From Octopus sinensis (taxonomy: Eukaryota): DNA of 64,000 nucleotides. Below are positions 61,147-64,000 of the stretch, piece after piece. Position numbers and translations under genes: made by a program. The notes below the pieces were generated by a model that saw nothing but the letters and a program-made list of their open reading frames with translations, made no database searches and was not told the DNA's origin. Each line of letters begins with the position of its first letter. Position 1 is the first letter of the stretch. The DNA lies in NCBI RefSeq assembly GCF_006345805.1, contig NW_021835991.1, positions 186,001 through 250,000 on the forward strand. Reading direction: 5' to 3'.

Positions 61147-64000
61147 AATACACCATTTGAGAACTAGACATCTAAATCTAGTCGGATCTTCGCTTGAATA
61201 TATTTTCAAAATATAAAAAAACAAAATTGATGAACCTACAACTCTTCAAAAGTTAATCACTCATCATGCTCTTGCGCGGAAAAGGTTGAGAATCAGTTTT
61301 AGCTTATGATTCGACAGGATTATCAAATGTTCGACAAAGTGCATTAGAAAATTTAATAATTGCTGGGGAAAAAAAAAGTTGAAAAAGGAAATTATCATAA
61401 AAATAGACATTATATACAGCATGATTTATGTCTTTATTTCAATGTTTCTCTGGGCTGCATAAACAAAATTCTGAATAACTGAAAACTCGACAAGTTAACA
61501 AAATTAAAAAATTCCAGTCTGAAATGTAAACCAAGCGAAATTGGACAAAAACAAAGATGGAAAATCAGATTTCCAGTAAAATGTTAACATTTGAATTTTA
61601 TGCACATAGGGGCGGCCAAAGTTAAAATAAAGCATTTCGGAACACAAATTGAAAAGTCAATATTTTACAAAAATTTAAGAATTATGAATAATAAAGAGAT
61701 TAAAAAGTAATATTTTACAAAGATTTAATCAAATTTTGATCAAAACAAAAAATGCAAGAAAATAAAGTTGATAAATCATGAAATATCAATAAAAATGAAT
61801 ATATACAATAGAAAGAAAATCAATTAAAAAGATGCATTCAATTGAGATTAAACTAGTAAGACAATAGACACAAATTAACTGGTAAAATAACTTTTTTCAA
61901 GGTATTCTACATGTACCTAATATTTAATCAGCAATAAAATGCATATAGAAAATTATACTTTAAAAAATTTTGAATAAAAAGTAATAATCAACGTACAAAA
62001 ACAAAACAAACACAACAACAGGAAAGCGTGCAGAACACGCTATTGATAATAATTCGATATTTTTATTTATTTAAAAAATAAATATTTTTAGAAAATATAT
62101 AAGTTATAATTCGATAATTGATTATATAACTTGATTGTTGAAAATCCTATGAATAGAATTGTTTTTATTGTCCAAAAAACTAAAACGTAACGAACAAAGA
62201 GAAATCGTTAACGGAAGATAAAAACAAAACACCGAAGTGTCTCTTTCAGTGTATACGCCAAGTATTGTGTTCAAACACAAGTTTTCTTCAGGACCATCGG
62301 GATTGTGGCCGCAGAATATATTTGAGAGTCTTCAAACCTTCCTCAAGTTGTCTCCGTAAGCCAATTTCAATACGAAACGTTTTATCTTTTCCAACTACAG
62401 TGAATACCCCCAAATTCGCCAATTCTTAGATTAGCCTTTTTTTAAAAAATTTTAGTTTTAATGGAGATTCGCCAATTCTGAAATTCGCCACAATTTTTTA
62501 AAATTTTTAAATAAAAAAAAAAATTGATAAATAATACATTTTTAAAAAGCATGCTCAAGGTGGGTTTAGTACTACAGTCTAACCCCGGGGTGGGGCACCA
62601 AAGTGCCCCAGAAAGCGGGGGTGCACTTCTAAACAGTGAGTCTGATTCAAACTACTGAATTATTTTTTAGCGACTTTAATTACACATTTATTTCTAAGAT
62701 TCCTTGTGATGGCATATCTTAAATAGACGTCAATAACAGTTAACAACCACGAAAATTGATCATCGTTATTTACAAACCTTGAAAACTAAAGTTAACTGAA
62801 AAGGTTAGATGCTAGCTAGTGTGGGTGGCTGAAAGAGTAGTCGAGAGCCTAAGGGTCACTCCAACGACTCCGCGCTGCGTATTGAATAATAGTTTTGCGG
62901 AGCACGGCGACCGATATTCGCTGAAAAAGCCAGCTCGTCTCCCCCCGAACGTAAAAAACCTTGAAAATAATACAATTTTATATTTTTAGATTAATCAGAA
63001 AATCTGAAACCTCTAATTCGGTACATCCACGAAAATATGACTTACGTCGTTATATTGTTTTAGTCGGACTGCAGAGTGGCATTCATCGCAGTCTCTTACC
63101 ACCAGACGAATAATATTTCTTTTAGCAAAACAAAATGGTTTTCTAAACAATTCTTCTAATGCATTGTGTCCACAATAATTAGCGTCGTAAATCTCTTCTT
63201 CAATTGTTCGCATCTTCTGTTTGTTGGTTGAGGTAATAACAAGCCTGTGAATAGATAAAGAATCTTAGAGATAGAGCTTTTCGTCTATTAAAACAAATTT
63301 TTTAGCCTTCTTTGTTAGTTTATACACCAAGAAGTTGATATATTCAGTTCTTGTCCTTCGATCATGGATTTTATTATGTTGTACTCTTTAGTATTTTTTA
63401 TGATAAAACGATTAATGTGATCGTTTATTGCTTATATTGTCAAAAATTGAAAATTAATCTCTATTAGTAAAAATCAATGCTATAACTTATCGAAAAATTA
63501 AATTAATATAAATGCGAAATTCATCAATTTAGATTTTTTAATTCAAAAAAGAAAGAAAATTTAATTTTTTAGAATGGTTGACCTGATTTGAGATTCGAAA
63601 TTTTCCGACCTCGTTAACATTATTTTGTGTTATAAAGTTTGTATTATTGACCCTATAGAAAAGGAACGAAATCATAACGTATCTTAAAGATGGTTTATTG
63701 CCAGATTGTTCGACTCCAAGAAGACGTAGTGTATTTTAAAACATATGGGACATTATTACGAACCTTCGTTATCAAAGAAGTAGATGAAAATAAAATGTTT
63801 GTCGATAATCTAAACTGCTTTTTTTTCTTAAAGATACTGTTTATGGATCTTGCAGAAGTGATATTATGTCTTTTCAAATCCTGTTGCTAATGTCAAGCGA
63901 AAAACATTATAAACACCGGGCCGGCAATTAAGCCCATAAGAGCCTATAGCGTGAGAGAAGGTATCACTATTTGGTCTTATATTAGATATATTTTTGATAT

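Larger units (their letters stand above)
56912..63365 (+). repeat. Segmental duplication copy B
   Basis: Collinear with 30384-42948. Confidence 0.95.

Overview
AT-rich eukaryotic DNA, almost entirely made of nested transposable elements and their relics. It is probably a reduced animal parasite: host genes have 23-34 nt spliceosomal introns, there is a class A GPCR relic, and there are TTAGGG-like repeats. Myxozoa, Dicyemida or Orthonectida are candidates, but this cannot be settled from the window. Host genes: one apparently intact TSR2, a dyskerin/Cbf5 copy with about 3 frame disruptions, and broken SMC2, IGHMBP2-like and GPCR copies. Elements with long open ORFs: an R2/R4-like RT-RLE retrotransposon (1175 aa), a 5'-truncated CRE-clade retrotransposon, a FLYWCH-MULE transposon and an IS630/Tc1 transposon. 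Also present are Merlin, pogo/Tigger, hAT, RTE, I/jockey-like LINE and tRNA-SINE pieces. The most notable system is a family of TGT...ACA DNA transposons (Ginger-like). They have 5-bp YAATR target duplications and retroviral-type integrases split by tiny introns, and two internally deleted members carry telomere-like repeats. A segmental duplication (30384-42948 vs 56912-63365) gives filled and empty site pairs that confirm several insertions. All calls were made by eye from motifs; no searches were run, and coordinates of relics are approximate.
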